Part shown: positions 35,236-45,458 of the stretch, one piece after another
Layout of the letters: every line of letters begins with the position of its first letter
How positions within the stretch are numbered: position 1 is the first letter of the stretch
From: an uncultured Prevotellaceae bacterium
GTDB lineage: Bacteria > Bacteroidota > Bacteroidia > Bacteroidales > Bacteroidaceae
Direction of reading: 5' to 3'
DNA length: 64,000 nt
Assembly (NCBI GenBank): GCA_945932615.1
Contig: CAMEQD010000006.1
Span: 5,825 to 69,824, forward strand
Translations under genes and position numbers: made by a program
Notes under the pieces: model-generated
Seen by the model: the letters and a program-made list of their open reading frames with translations, nothing else
Databases searched by the model: none
What the model was told of the DNA's origin: nothing

Positions 35236-35384
35236 GGTGAGGTTTTGAGGTTATGAGGTTGTGAGGTTTTGAGGTTTTTAACGCCTGTTTAATGGTCGTT
35301 TAACAAGTAGAACCAACTAAACAACTAAACAACAAAAGAACCAACCAAACAACAAAATAACAAAACAACTAAACAACAAAATAA
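35233..35384. repeat. Intergenic element, chimeric (GAGGTT-type left arm, AAACAAC-type right arm)
   Basis: It reads TGAGGTGAGGTTTTGAGGTTATGAGGTTGTGAGGTTTTGAGG, then the core TAACGCCTGTTTAATGGTCGTTTAAC, then AACTAAACAACTAAACAAC... up to the secG ATG. Confidence 0.8.
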
Positions 35385-35738
35385 ATGTACACAACTATTG
35401 TAATTCTAATTGTCCTTGCCAGCGTACTGATGTGTTTCATCGTACTTATTCAGGAGAGCAAGGGAGGCGGTCTTGCAGCAGACTACGCCAGCGGCAACCA
35501 GCTCCTTGGTGCCCCAAAGACATCTAACGTTATTGAGAAAGCCACATGGACACTGGCAGCAATCATGGTCGTACTGAGCATAGCTTCAGTAGCAGCCCTC
35601 CCCGACGGCACAGCCGACAGCAGTGTGATGCAGCAGATGGAGCAGTCAACTCCTGCCCTCATCAACACCCCAGCTACACCGTCGGCTGAGCAACCATCAG
35701 CCGAGCAGCCAGCAGCAGCCGAGCAGCCAGCACAATAA
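35385..35738 (+). CDS. secG: Preprotein translocase subunit SecG
   Basis: MYTTIVILIVLASVLMCFIVLIQESKGGGL is a typical SecG N-terminus. A second TM helix and a low-complexity tail follow. Confidence 0.85.
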   Translation: MYTTIVILIVLASVLMCFIVLIQESKGGGLAADYASGNQLLGAPKTSNVIEKATWTLAAIMVVLSIASVAALPDGTADSSVMQQMEQSTPALINTPATPSAEQPSAEQPAAAEQPAQ

Positions 35739-35764
35739 AAGAGCCCCAAATCGCCAAATCATCA

Positions 35765-36601
35765 ATGATACTGATAGCCGATAGCGGCTCGACCAAGACT
35801 GAGTGGGTCACTGACCAGCTCACGATACAGACACAGGGCATCAACCCCGTGCGCGATACTGAGGAGCAAATCCTCACGACACTGCGCGCAGAGTTGATGC
35901 CCCAACTCTACCCTACGCTGACACCAGTCTGCCAGATACACTTCTACGGAGCTGGTTGCATACCACCCTATTCTGACATTGTCAGACGAGCCCTTGCCCA
36001 AACCTTTCCCTCGGCTGAAATCCAAGTCTACTCCGACCTTCTCGGAGCAGCTCGTGCCCTCTGCGGCCACGCCCCTGGCATTGCCTGCATACTTGGCACT
36101 GGTAGCAATTCATGTCTCTGCGACCAAGGTGAGATTGTTAGCAACATCTCCCCTTTAGGATATATTCTCGGTGACGAAGGTAGCGGAGCCGTACTTGGAC
36201 GCACACTGCTGAGCGAAATGCTCAAAGGAAGTTTCAAACATCTCTGGCCTATCTTTACTGACGAATACAACCTCAACACCACAGACATCATCGACCGCGT
36301 ATACCGGCAGCCACAGCCTAACAAATTTTTGGCTACACTCGTACCTTTCATACACAAGCACATCGATGATCCTCAAGTCAATCAGATGGTCATACACGAG
36401 TTCGAACGTTTCCTTCAACGCAACGTCAGAGCCTACGACCGCCCAGACCTGCCGGTAAATTTCGTAGGCGGTTTGGCATCAAGTTTCCGCCCCCAATTGG
36501 AGGAGGCTTGTCTGCACTGCGGACTAAGGTTGGGCACGATACTGCGCCGTCCGGCGACACGAATACTCTCTTTTCACACCGAGAGAGCAACAAAATCCTA
36601 A
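35765..36601 (+). CDS. BadF/BadG/BcrA/BcrD-type ATPase (N-acetylglucosamine kinase-like)
   Basis: MILIADSGSTKTEW and ILGTGSNS are ASKHA-fold phosphate motifs. Confidence 0.8.
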   Translation: MILIADSGSTKTEWVTDQLTIQTQGINPVRDTEEQILTTLRAELMPQLYPTLTPVCQIHFYGAGCIPPYSDIVRRALAQTFPSAEIQVYSDLLGAARALCGHAPGIACILGTGSNSCLCDQGEIVSNISPLGYILGDEGSGAVLGRTLLSEMLKGSFKHLWPIFTDEYNLNTTDIIDRVYRQPQPNKFLATLVPFIHKHIDDPQVNQMVIHEFERFLQRNVRAYDRPDLPVNFVGGLASSFRPQLEEACLHCGLRLGTILRRPATRILSFHTERATKS

Positions 36602-36627
36602 TATATGTTATTAAACATACATAAATG

Positions 36628-36659
36628 TTTGCTTATTCACTAAAATAGCAATACCTTTG
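36628..36659 (+). promoter_or_regulatory. Orphan full promoter TTTG-N20-TACCTTTG with no downstream ORF
   Basis: The match is exact. It lies between convergent genes and is followed by a terminator. Confidence 0.5.
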
Positions 36660-36665
36660 TGGAAC

Positions 36666-36746
36666 AAAAACAATCTTTTTACCTTAAACAAACTAATACC
36701 TAAAGGATGATAGAGAGCCGCTGAGAAGCGCCTCTCTATTTTTTTG
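36666..36746 (+). ncRNA. Candidate ~80-nt small RNA (orphan promoter plus intrinsic terminator)
   Basis: A perfect TTTG-N20-TACCTTTG promoter (36628-36659) is followed ~45 nt later by an 11-bp stem (36710-36739) plus a T6 tract. No ORF is present. Confidence 0.35.
36710..36746 (+). terminator. Intrinsic terminator (stem plus T6)
   Basis: ATAGAGAGCCGC-TGAGAA-GCGCCTCTCTAT pair with one mismatch, followed by TTTTTTG. Confidence 0.7.
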
Positions 36747-36773
36747 TGTACAAAAACGAAAAGAATCAAGAAA

Positions 36774-37418
36774 TCACTTGGCGGCCATCATGTCGTTGAC
36801 CTCACCGATATAGTCAAGCAGCTCTTCCCTACCCTGACGATTTTCGCTGCTCGTGACGAAATATCTCGGCAGTTCCTCCCACTGGCTACTCAGCACTTCC
36901 ATATACGCCTTGACATTGGCAGCTTGTCTACCCTTTGATATTTTGTCGCCTTTAGTGAATACTATAGCAAAAGGCACTCCATTCTCGCCCAGCCACTCGA
37001 TGAACTCCAGATCTATCTTCTGCGGCTCATGACGCACATCAATCAATACGAACAGCAGCGTCATCTGCTCGCGGTCCAGAATATACGATGTGATCATGCG
37101 TTCAAACTTCTCCATATCCCTCTTGCTGCGCTTCGCAAACCCATATCCAGGCAAATCCACCAGATACCAAGGCCCTTGCCCGCCAACACGTGCAGCCTGC
37201 CCCTGTGCAGGCCTGTTGATAAGGAAATGGTTGATCAGCACCGTCTTGCCTGGAGTAGCACTCGTCTTGGCAAGCTTGCCATTGTCCGTCAGCATATTGA
37301 TCAGACTGCTCTTGCCTACATTGCTACGACCGATGAAGGCATACTCGGGCCACCCGTCTGAAGGACACTGCTCCACTCTCTCGCTCGACACTACATATTG
37401 CGCATTCTTAATTACCAT
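36774..37418 (-). CDS. engB: Ribosome biogenesis GTPase YihA/EngB
   Basis: Motifs present are [12 protein letters not shown] (G1), DLPGYG (G3) and TKGDK (G4). Confidence 0.9.
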   Translation of the reverse strand: MVIKNAQYVVSSERVEQCPSDGWPEYAFIGRSNVGKSSLINMLTDNGKLAKTSATPGKTVLINHFLINRPAQGQAARVGGQGPWYLVDLPGYGFAKRSKRDMEKFERMITSYILDREQMTLLFVLIDVRHEPQKIDLEFIEWLGENGVPFAIVFTKGDKISKGRQAANVKAYMEVLSSQWEELPRYFVTSSENRQGREELLDYIGEVNDMMAAK

Positions 37419-37432
37419 AGACGAAATCCCTA

Positions 37433-38734
37433 TTAGAAGTTATAGTTCAGACCCAAAGACAGCCACTCCTTGAGCATAAAATACGTCTCACTGTCGTTAT
37501 AGTACTTCGTATCCTCATATCGCGGATAGATGAAGAACTTGGCCGAGAGATACTTGTTGATTGTAAAGTTGAACGTGTTCTCCCACTCTATCGTCGTATC
37601 TGAGAACCCGCGCAAGATCCAATACAGGCGGCTGTTCCACGACACGTTCTTGAATATCTGCCAGTTCAACGTCATCGTAGCCGAGGGGCCGAACTTGTGC
37701 AGGGCGTGATGTTCTGCCTCGATACCATAGCGCGTAGCCAAATCCATATTGCTCACGAACCTCAGGTCGTAAGTCCCTGGAGCAAGGTATATATTTCCCT
37801 TGAGCCTGCCCTTGAGAGCCTCAAACTTCCAGTCAATACCGATAGAGAGAGCCACATCAAGAGGGTTCAGGAAGTTGGTTATCAACTTGTCTGAATTCTT
37901 CTCATACTGCGGCACCAGCTGCGTCTGCACGCGCAACTGCGTGGTATAATAGAAGTTTTTGATGGCCTTGTAGCCAAACTTCGTGTTCAGGCGAAGCATA
38001 TTGTTGGTAGGCTTGAAATTACGCTTCTCATCGCCCTCTACTGTCTGAAATCCGATTTGCACATCAAGAGCGTTCTCCCACTGGATATTGCGCTTGTCGT
38101 CATAATTCATATTCAGATTGAGCAAGACCATAGCAGAGTAGCTCTTGTCACCACCCTGATACCAGTTTTCAGAGAAATAACTCTGAGTAAACTGCAGCGA
38201 GCTTGACCCATAGAAACGCCAGAAATTAGGTTTCCTCACATGCAAAGACATGTCACCCTCATCAAACATCGGAGAGAGAGTTACGTCATCAATCTGGTCA
38301 GAGAGCAACGCATCATACATGAGCGACGCATCGACGTCCTCACGCACATATCCTGCATCTTCCAACACCGATGCCGTCCGCGTCACTAATGAAGGATTGC
38401 CGGCATAGAGAGATGCCAAGACTTCGTTGGCAAGACGGTTGCGCAACACCTGTACATCAGTAGACTCAGTCTGGAGCCCCGGCGAAAACTGCTGTAGCAC
38501 CGAAGAATGATAAAACGTCGCAGGTGCAAACAAACGCAACAAATACGCACTCGGCCTTCCCTCGGCAACAGTGTCCAACGCTACCGAATCCCTCAGCACC
38601 GCCAGCGAATCAATCGCCCGACCATATCTGCCGACCACGTCCACATCCGTACCCTTTTGCCTGACCGCCTTCTTTTGTGCTACACCCGACACTGCGCAAA
38701 GGCACAAAGCAAAGATATATAAAAACTTCTTCAT
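37433..38734 (-). CDS. DUF3078-like outer-membrane beta-barrel protein
   Basis: It has a signal peptide ([20 protein letters not shown]), alternating beta pattern and a terminal LGLNYNF. Confidence 0.65.
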   Translation of the reverse strand: MKKFLYIFALCLCAVSGVAQKKAVRQKGTDVDVVGRYGRAIDSLAVLRDSVALDTVAEGRPSAYLLRLFAPATFYHSSVLQQFSPGLQTESTDVQVLRNRLANEVLASLYAGNPSLVTRTASVLEDAGYVREDVDASLMYDALLSDQIDDVTLSPMFDEGDMSLHVRKPNFWRFYGSSSLQFTQSYFSENWYQGGDKSYSAMVLLNLNMNYDDKRNIQWENALDVQIGFQTVEGDEKRNFKPTNNMLRLNTKFGYKAIKNFYYTTQLRVQTQLVPQYEKNSDKLITNFLNPLDVALSIGIDWKFEALKGRLKGNIYLAPGTYDLRFVSNMDLATRYGIEAEHHALHKFGPSATMTLNWQIFKNVSWNSRLYWILRGFSDTTIEWENTFNFTINKYLSAKFFIYPRYEDTKYYNDSETYFMLKEWLSLGLNYNF

Positions 38735-38774
38735 CACTATTGTTTCGTTGATTAGAGAAACACTATACGTGCTA

Positions 38775-38782
38775 CAAAATTA
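38775..38782 (-). promoter_or_regulatory. -7 box (TAATTTTG on minus strand) for the DUF3078-like/engB operon
   Basis: CAAAATTA lies 41 nt upstream of the ATG at 38734. Confidence 0.45.
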
Positions 38783-38890
38783 AGCATTTTTTTTGGAATT
38801 TACACACAAAACGATTAAAAAATAGCGCACGCATACACGCTGTGCCACAAAACACACAGACAAAGGAGCCAGAATGTTGGCATAATTTGC

Positions 38891-38898
38891 TATCTTTG
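38891..38898 (+). promoter_or_regulatory. -7 box TATCTTTG for yidC
   Basis: This is an exact TAnnTTTG match 33 nt before the ATG at 38931. Confidence 0.5.
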
Positions 38899-38930
38899 CA
38901 AGCCGTAAACTATAACAAACACATATATAG

Positions 38931-40796
38931 ATGGACAAAAACACAATCACAGGCTTCGTGCTCATCGCACTCGTACTGTTCGGCTTCACATGGTACAGCC
39001 AACCCTCAGCCGAAGAGCAGCAGCAGATGATCGAGCAGATACGCCAAGACAGTATTGCCAGAGCCAAGACTGCGCAGAAACAGGCTGCAGCCGAGGCCAA
39101 GACAGCCCAAATCCTTGCCGAGCAGGCCAATGACTCTACATCTCTGTTCTTTGCCAATCGTAGAGGCGAGGGAGAGAACATCACCCTCGACAATGGTCAA
39201 CTCAGCGTCACACTCAACACCAAGGGCGGCAGCATCGGACATGCCTCACTTGCCAAGTATCTCAACCAACAGAAACAACCAGTCGAGATACTGCGTCAAG
39301 GAAAGAATGCCCTAAATTACATTCTTACGGGCAAGGATGCTAACATAGACACACGCGACTTTGTCTTCACTCCCGTAGCCCAGACCGATACGACCGTCAC
39401 GATGCGCTTAGGCAGCGAGGGGCGCACCCTCGACATCGAGTACGCTCTCCACACCGGCTCCTACATCATGGACATCACACTGCGTACTACAGGACTACAA
39501 AACATACTCCACCCTACTACAAAAGGCATATTGCTCACATGGGACAACACCGTGGCCCAGCAGGAGAAGGGCTTCGACTTCGAGCAGCGATACTCCAGCC
39601 TCACCTACAATGAGCAGGGCGAAGGTATCGACAATCTCTCAGAGACTAACCTTGACGAGCAGAGCATAGACAACCCCCTCGAATGGGTGGCCTGCAAGAA
39701 CCAGTTCTTCTCGTGCGTACTCATCTCGCCCGACTATTTCACTAACGCTACGCTCAAGAGCAACCCCTGCGAGAAGAAGAGCGGAGATCTCAAGCAGTAC
39801 AATGCCGAGATGCAGCTCCCCATCGATCCCAAGTCAGACGTTGCCGTACGTATGCAGATGTACATCGGTCCCAACGACTTTCACATCCTCAAGAGCCACA
39901 ACAGTCAGCTTATCAACCCTGACCAGACTCATGAGCTACAATCCCTCGTAGACCTGGGGTGGCCTTTGTTCAGCATCATCAACCGCTGGATTATCATGCC
40001 TCTCTTTGACTGGCTCACAGGCTTCGGCATGAATATGGGTATCGTACTGCTGCTGCTCACCATCATAGTCAAGGCTCTTGTCTACCCCACGACTAAGAAG
40101 AGCTACCTCGGTAGCGCTCGCATGCGCGTCCTTAAGCCCCAAATCGACAAGATTTCGGCCAAATACCCCAACCCCGACGATGCGATGAAGAAACAAGCAG
40201 AGATAATGCAACTCTATCGCGAATACGGAGTCAGCCCCATGGCGGGCTGTCTGCCCATGCTCATACAGATGCCTCTCTGGATAGCTCTCTTCAACTTTGT
40301 CCCCAATGCCATTGAGCTGCGCGGAGAGAGCTTCCTCTGGGCCGACGACCTCAGCTCATACGACGAACTCATAAACTGGGGTACCGACGTTTGGCTCATC
40401 GGCGACCACCTGTCCATATTCTGCATTCTGTTCTGCGCCACAAACATCATCAACACCTGGATATCCATGCGCCAACAGCAGAATACGATGTCTGCCGAGC
40501 AAGCCCAGCAGATGAAGCTCATGCAGTACATGATGTATATTATGCCACTCATGTTCTTCTTCATGTTCAACAACTACTCCAGCGGCCTGTGCTACTACTA
40601 CTTCCTCTCGGGTCTCACCAGCATACTCATCATGTGGTACCTGCGCAAGACCACCGACGATGCCAAGCTCCTCGCTAAGCTCGAAGCCTACCGCGCAGCC
40701 CACAAGAACGATCCCAAGAAGACCACAGGCATGGCTGCACGCCTCGAAGCTCTGCAAAAACAGATGGAAGAACAACAAAAGAACCGTACAAGATGA
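38931..40796 (+). CDS. yidC: Membrane protein insertase YidC
   Basis: It has an N-terminal TM, a large periplasmic domain, and the conserved C-terminal core (MQLYREYGVSPMAGCLPMLIQMPLWIALF). Confidence 0.9.
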   Translation: MDKNTITGFVLIALVLFGFTWYSQPSAEEQQQMIEQIRQDSIARAKTAQKQAAAEAKTAQILAEQANDSTSLFFANRRGEGENITLDNGQLSVTLNTKGGSIGHASLAKYLNQQKQPVEILRQGKNALNYILTGKDANIDTRDFVFTPVAQTDTTVTMRLGSEGRTLDIEYALHTGSYIMDITLRTTGLQNILHPTTKGILLTWDNTVAQQEKGFDFEQRYSSLTYNEQGEGIDNLSETNLDEQSIDNPLEWVACKNQFFSCVLISPDYFTNATLKSNPCEKKSGDLKQYNAEMQLPIDPKSDVAVRMQMYIGPNDFHILKSHNSQLINPDQTHELQSLVDLGWPLFSIINRWIIMPLFDWLTGFGMNMGIVLLLLTIIVKALVYPTTKKSYLGSARMRVLKPQIDKISAKYPNPDDAMKKQAEIMQLYREYGVSPMAGCLPMLIQMPLWIALFNFVPNAIELRGESFLWADDLSSYDELINWGTDVWLIGDHLSIFCILFCATNIINTWISMRQQQNTMSAEQAQQMKLMQYMMYIMPLMFFFMFNNYSSGLCYYYFLSGLTSILIMWYLRKTTDDAKLLAKLEAYRAAHKNDPKKTTGMAARLEALQKQMEEQQKNRTR

Positions 40797-42922
40797 ACAA
40801 GACAATAGCAATGGTAGCGCTCGCGGGCGCTACCCTTTTCAATTTTAGTGCCATGGCACAAAACCGACTCATGACGCCCGAGATACTCTGGTCCATGCAC
40901 CGTCTCGGCAGCCGCAGCGTAAGCACGGAGGGCAATCTCATAGCCTACTCTGTAAGCACTCCAGACATTCCTGCCAACAAAAGCCGTAGCCACATCGACA
41001 TCATCAGCCTCGATGGCAGTAGCTCCCATCACATCAGCCCCGAAGGGCAGAACCCCAACCAGCCCACTTTCGTCACACTCAGCGGCACAGAGCGCATAGC
41101 CTACCTACAAGGCGGTGACCTCTGGAGCGCAGCTACCGACGGCAGCGACCTACGCCAGCACAGCAACACTGGCGACATCGAAGGCTTCCTCTTCTCTCCC
41201 GATGGCAGTCGAGTCATCACCATACGCCAAGTGCCTGCCACGAGCAGCATCCAGGCTAAAGAACCAGACCTGCCACTGTCAACAGGACTCGTCATCGACG
41301 ACATGAACTACAAGCACTGGGATCAATACGTGCAGACCATTCCCCACATCTTCCTCAGCACATTCAGTCTCACAGACGGAATCGGGGAGATGACTGACAT
41401 ACTACAGGGTGAGCCCTACGAATGTCCTGTACTCCCATTTGGCGGCACGGAGCAGTTCTGCTTCTCACCCGATGGCAACAAGATAGCCTATACAAGCCGC
41501 AAGAAGACAGGTGTAGACTATGCCATCTCTACCGACACTGACATCTACCTCTACGACATAGCCACCAAGCAGACCACCAATCTGTGCAAACAGGACAATG
41601 CCGACAAACAGCAAGGTTATGACCAAGACCCACAATTTTCGCCCGACGGCAGCAAGCTCGCATGGCGCAGCATGGAACGCGATGGCTACGAAAGCGACTT
41701 TTCACGCCTCTGCGTAATGGACATGCAGACACAGGGCAAGACCTACGTCAGCCACCAGTTCAAGAGCTCTGGCGTAGATGCTTTCTGCTGGAACACTGAC
41801 AACAAGCAACTCTATTTTTCTGCCGTACACCACGGCTGCCAAAACATCTATAGCGTAGACCTCCAGGGACAAATCACCACCATCGCTGACGGCCAATACG
41901 ATTATGGTACACCACAATATATCCCAGGCCGCAACCTGCTACTCGTCAATCGCCACAGTATGTCAGCCCCCGATGATTTGTATCTCATCACCTTGCCCCG
42001 ATCAGGCAAGAAGTCCAAGAAGCAGGAATCGACAATCACTCAGCTTACCACACTCAACGCAGACATATATCAGGACCTCGCTGTCAGCGATGTAAAGCCA
42101 CGCTGGGTAGCCACCACCGACGGCAAAGAAGAGCTATGCTGGGTCGTCTATCCGCCACAGTTCGACCCTACAAAGAAATACCCCACTCTGCTCTTCTGCG
42201 AAGGTGGCCCACAGAGTCCTGTCAGCCAATTCTGGTCATATCGATGGAATTTCCAGATTATGGCAGCCCACGGCTACATAGTCATCGCCCCCAACCGTCG
42301 CGGACTTCCTGGTTTTGGTATCGAGTGGAACGAAGCAATCAGCGGAGACTACTCAGGGCAATGTATGCAAGACTACCTCTCAGCCATCGACGATATCTGT
42401 CGCGAGCCATACGTAGATCGCGAGCGTCTCGGCTGCGTAGGAGCCTCGTTTGGAGGATATAGCGTATACTGGCTGGCTGGCAACCACGAGAAGCGTTTCA
42501 AAGCCTTCATCGCCCACGACGGCATCTTCAACTTTGACCAGCAGTACTACGAGACCGAAGAGATGTGGTTCCCCAACTGGGACCTCGGCGGAGCCCCCGA
42601 GCAGTTTGGCATAACCGCTACAGGACAAGCCTCTGGCACCAAGAGCGTAGGCACCCAAGCTAAGATACGCCACAACGTCTATCTCGATTCCCCTCACCGC
42701 TATGTAGACCGTTGGGACACCCCCATACTCTGCATTCACGGCGAGAAAGACTACCGCATACTCCACTCACAAGGTCAGGCAGCATTCTCTGCCGCACGCA
42801 TGCACGGCATACCAGCCCAGCTCCTGCTCTTCCCCGACGAAAACCATTGGGTACTACGTCCGCAAAACGGCATACTCTGGCAACGCACCTTCTTCCGCTG
42901 GCTTGACAGGTGGTTGAAGTGA
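40793..42922 (+). CDS. S9-family serine peptidase (prolyl oligopeptidase / acylaminoacyl peptidase-like)
   Basis: It has a signal peptide, a beta-propeller-like N-terminal half, GASFGGY (GxSxGG) and a terminal DENH region. Its ATG overlaps the yidC stop (ATGA). Confidence 0.85.
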   Translation: MNKTIAMVALAGATLFNFSAMAQNRLMTPEILWSMHRLGSRSVSTEGNLIAYSVSTPDIPANKSRSHIDIISLDGSSSHHISPEGQNPNQPTFVTLSGTERIAYLQGGDLWSAATDGSDLRQHSNTGDIEGFLFSPDGSRVITIRQVPATSSIQAKEPDLPLSTGLVIDDMNYKHWDQYVQTIPHIFLSTFSLTDGIGEMTDILQGEPYECPVLPFGGTEQFCFSPDGNKIAYTSRKKTGVDYAISTDTDIYLYDIATKQTTNLCKQDNADKQQGYDQDPQFSPDGSKLAWRSMERDGYESDFSRLCVMDMQTQGKTYVSHQFKSSGVDAFCWNTDNKQLYFSAVHHGCQNIYSVDLQGQITTIADGQYDYGTPQYIPGRNLLLVNRHSMSAPDDLYLITLPRSGKKSKKQESTITQLTTLNADIYQDLAVSDVKPRWVATTDGKEELCWVVYPPQFDPTKKYPTLLFCEGGPQSPVSQFWSYRWNFQIMAAHGYIVIAPNRRGLPGFGIEWNEAISGDYSGQCMQDYLSAIDDICREPYVDRERLGCVGASFGGYSVYWLAGNHEKRFKAFIAHDGIFNFDQQYYETEEMWFPNWDLGGAPEQFGITATGQASGTKSVGTQAKIRHNVYLDSPHRYVDRWDTPILCIHGEKDYRILHSQGQAAFSAARMHGIPAQLLLFPDENHWVLRPQNGILWQRTFFRWLDRWLK

Positions 42923-42962
42923 GGATTACAACAAAACAACCAAACAACAAAACAACACCAAA
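42920..42962. repeat. Half element (A/C-rich arm only) forming the MFS gene leader
   Basis: The sequence is TGAGGATTACAACAAAACAACCAAACAACAAAACAACACCAAA, followed by ATG. Confidence 0.55.
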
Positions 42963-44333
42963 ATGCAAAAACTATCCGACAACCCAACCCTGCGTTGGAC
43001 CGCCCTTGGCATCGTCAGCACCGCCATGATGATGGGCTACTTCTTCACCGACGTCATGTCACCCCTCGAAGACCTCCTCACCATCGATCTCGGCTGGAAG
43101 AGCAGCGAGTACGGCTTCTTCTCCGGAGCCTACGGACTGATTAACGTATTCCTCCTCATGCTCTTCTTCGGCGGCATCATACTTGACAAGATGGGCATAC
43201 GCTTCACCAGCATACTCAGTGCAACACTTATGCTCGCAGGCGCCCTCATCAAGTGGTACGCCGTGACCAGTATACCCACAGATGCTGTCGCGAAGTGGTT
43301 TAGCCTCCACCTCATCATCATCAACATCGACACCCCACATCTCACCACTCTCGTGGCAGCCCTCGGCTTTGCTATCTACGGAGTAGGCTGTGAGATAGCA
43401 GGCATCACCGTCACCAAGATTATTACCAAGTGGTTCACTGGACACGAGCTCGCCCTCGCTATGGGACTTCAGGTAGCCCTTGCCCGTATCGGCACGATGA
43501 TGGCCATGTGGTGCTCACTCCCCATAGCCAACCATTTCGGCGGCATACCTACCAGCGTAGGTCTCGGAGCTGCCCTTCTCTGTATAGCACTCGTGTTCTT
43601 CATCATCTACTGCTTCATGGATCTCCGCCTCGATGCCAGCACCCGCAATCAGGACGGCAGCGACTCCAGCAGCAGCGACGAAGCCTTCCATCTCAGCGAC
43701 ATGGGTGCAATCTTCACCAACCCTGGTTTCTGGGTCATCTGCCTGCTCTGCCTCATGTTCTACGGCGGTGTGTTCCCCTTCCTCAAGTTTGCCACTAAAC
43801 TTATGATAATGAAATACCACGTCCCGAGCGACTTCGCTGGCATGATACCAGGTATGCTCCCCATGGGCACTATGATTCTTACCCCAATCTTTGGCAATAT
43901 TTATGACCGCCAGGGGCATGGTGTGCTCCTCATGTTGCTCGGCTCCGTACTACTTACTCTCGTGCACGTACTCTTCGCCCTGCCTATACTCCCCTACTGG
44001 TGGTTTGCCATCATCGTCATCATCATACTCGGCATTGCCTTCTCGCTCGTGCCAAGCGCCATGTGGCCCAGCGTCCCCAAGATGATACCCATGAAGCTCC
44101 TCGGCAGCGCATACGCCATGATTTTCTTTATACAGAACATAGGGCTCTCGCTCATACCGATGATGATAGGTGAAGTCAACCAGGCCAACACTGACAAACA
44201 TGGTCTCGTCAACTACGCCCCCTCGATGAGCATCTTTGCCTTGTTCGGCATCATCTCGATTCTGCTCAGTCTCCTGCTGCTCAGACTCGACAAAGCCAAA
44301 GGCTACAAACTCGAAGAGAAGAATATTAAGTGA
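42963..44333 (+). CDS. MFS transporter
   Basis: 456 aa with about 12 hydrophobic helices and a central hydrophilic loop. Confidence 0.75.
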   Translation: MQKLSDNPTLRWTALGIVSTAMMMGYFFTDVMSPLEDLLTIDLGWKSSEYGFFSGAYGLINVFLLMLFFGGIILDKMGIRFTSILSATLMLAGALIKWYAVTSIPTDAVAKWFSLHLIIINIDTPHLTTLVAALGFAIYGVGCEIAGITVTKIITKWFTGHELALAMGLQVALARIGTMMAMWCSLPIANHFGGIPTSVGLGAALLCIALVFFIIYCFMDLRLDASTRNQDGSDSSSSDEAFHLSDMGAIFTNPGFWVICLLCLMFYGGVFPFLKFATKLMIMKYHVPSDFAGMIPGMLPMGTMILTPIFGNIYDRQGHGVLLMLLGSVLLTLVHVLFALPILPYWWFAIIVIIILGIAFSLVPSAMWPSVPKMIPMKLLGSAYAMIFFIQNIGLSLIPMMIGEVNQANTDKHGLVNYAPSMSIFALFGIISILLSLLLLRLDKAKGYKLEEKNIK

Positions 44334-44634
44334 GGTTTTGAGGTTATAAGGTTTTGAGGTCGCTTCGCTTGTGAGGTTATTTTTGAGGTTTTGAGGTCGC
44401 TTCGCTTGTGAGGTTATTTTTGAGGTTTTGAGGTCGCTTCGCTTGTGAGGTTATTTGTGAGGTTTTAAGGTCGCTTCGCTTGTGAGGTTTTGAGGTTATA
44501 AGGTTTTTAATGCCCGTTTAATGGTTGTTTAATGGTTATTAAAGGGCTAAAGGTATTAAACCTTATAACCTTAAAACCTCAAAACCTTATAACCTCAAAA
44601 ATAACCTTAAAACCTCAAAACCTTATAACCCTCA
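44331..44634. repeat. Intergenic palindromic element, GAGGTT/AACCTC type, with internal tandem expansion
   Basis: A perfect 24-nt inverted repeat pairs 44336-44359 with 44577-44600. The core is GTTTAATGGTTGTTTAATGG. The element spans from the TGA of the MFS gene to the TGA (minus strand) of the TrmH gene. Confidence 0.9.
44356..44490. repeat. 37-bp tandem repeat x3.6 inside the left arm
   Basis: The unit is GAGGTCGCTTCGCTTGTGAGGTTATTTTTGAGGTTTT, starting at 44356, 44393, 44430 and (partial) 44467. GGTCGCTTCGCTTGTGAGG also occurs at 58343-58361. Confidence 0.9.
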
Positions 44635-45453
44635 TTGACGCAGTTCCCAGAACGCTACGGCACTTGCAGCGGCTACATTGAGGCTGTCTACACCGTGATA
44701 CATGGGTATCTTGACTACGTAGTCGGCGTTGTCTATGATTTGCTGGCTTAGGCCATAACCTTCGTTGCCCATAATCAATGCCAGTCGGGGCTCTGACTTC
44801 AGTTTGGCATCGTCGAGGTTTACGCTTCTGTCGCGTAGTGCCATGGCTACGCTCTTGAAGCCGTGCTGGTGGAGTAGCGATGTGGGGTCGGTCGTGGCGT
44901 CAGTCCACGTCCAGGGTATCAGGAAGACGCTTCCCATGCTAACTCGTATGGCGCGGCGGTTGAGGGGGTCGCAGCATGTGGTGGTGACAAGTATGGCGTC
45001 TATGCCTAAGGCTGCCGCGCTACGGAAGATGGCTCCGATGTTGGTAGAGTCGACTATGGCGTCCATCACGCATACGCGACGGGCTCCTCGCAGGACGGTC
45101 TCTATGTCGGGCGACACTGGGGGGCGGTGCATGGCACACAGTACTCCTCGTGTGAGCGTGTAGCCAGTGAGATGGGCGAGCACTTCGCGGCTTCCGGTGT
45201 AGATGGGGGTATCTTCGCCATAGCGGTCGTAGATGATGCGAATGAGCTCTTGGGCGTCTCCGTCGATGTGCTTGCGCTCGCATAGCATTGACTTGGGTTG
45301 GTAGCCTGCTTCGAGGGTCGTCTTGATTACTTTGGGGCTTTCTGCTATGAAAAGGGCTTCCTCGGGGTGCAGACGGTTCTTGAGTTGTTGCTCCGTGAGG
45401 CTGTAGTATGGGGCTACTCTTGTGTCGTTGGGGGCTGAAATTTCTATAATCAT
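44632..45453 (-). CDS. TrmH/SpoU-family RNA 2'-O-methyltransferase
   Basis: The SpoU motifs NIGAIFRSAAALG, LIMGNEGYGLS and IPMYHGVDSLNVAAA are present. Confidence 0.85.
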   Translation of the reverse strand: MIIEISAPNDTRVAPYYSLTEQQLKNRLHPEEALFIAESPKVIKTTLEAGYQPKSMLCERKHIDGDAQELIRIIYDRYGEDTPIYTGSREVLAHLTGYTLTRGVLCAMHRPPVSPDIETVLRGARRVCVMDAIVDSTNIGAIFRSAAALGIDAILVTTTCCDPLNRRAIRVSMGSVFLIPWTWTDATTDPTSLLHQHGFKSVAMALRDRSVNLDDAKLKSEPRLALIMGNEGYGLSQQIIDNADYVVKIPMYHGVDSLNVAAASAVAFWELRQ

Positions 45454-45458
45454 GGGGG

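Noticed and set aside
44356-44490. 37-bp tandem repeats considered as a possible CRISPR array
   Set aside because: The units are directly adjacent with no spacers. They are part of the palindromic element's arm, and no cas genes are present.
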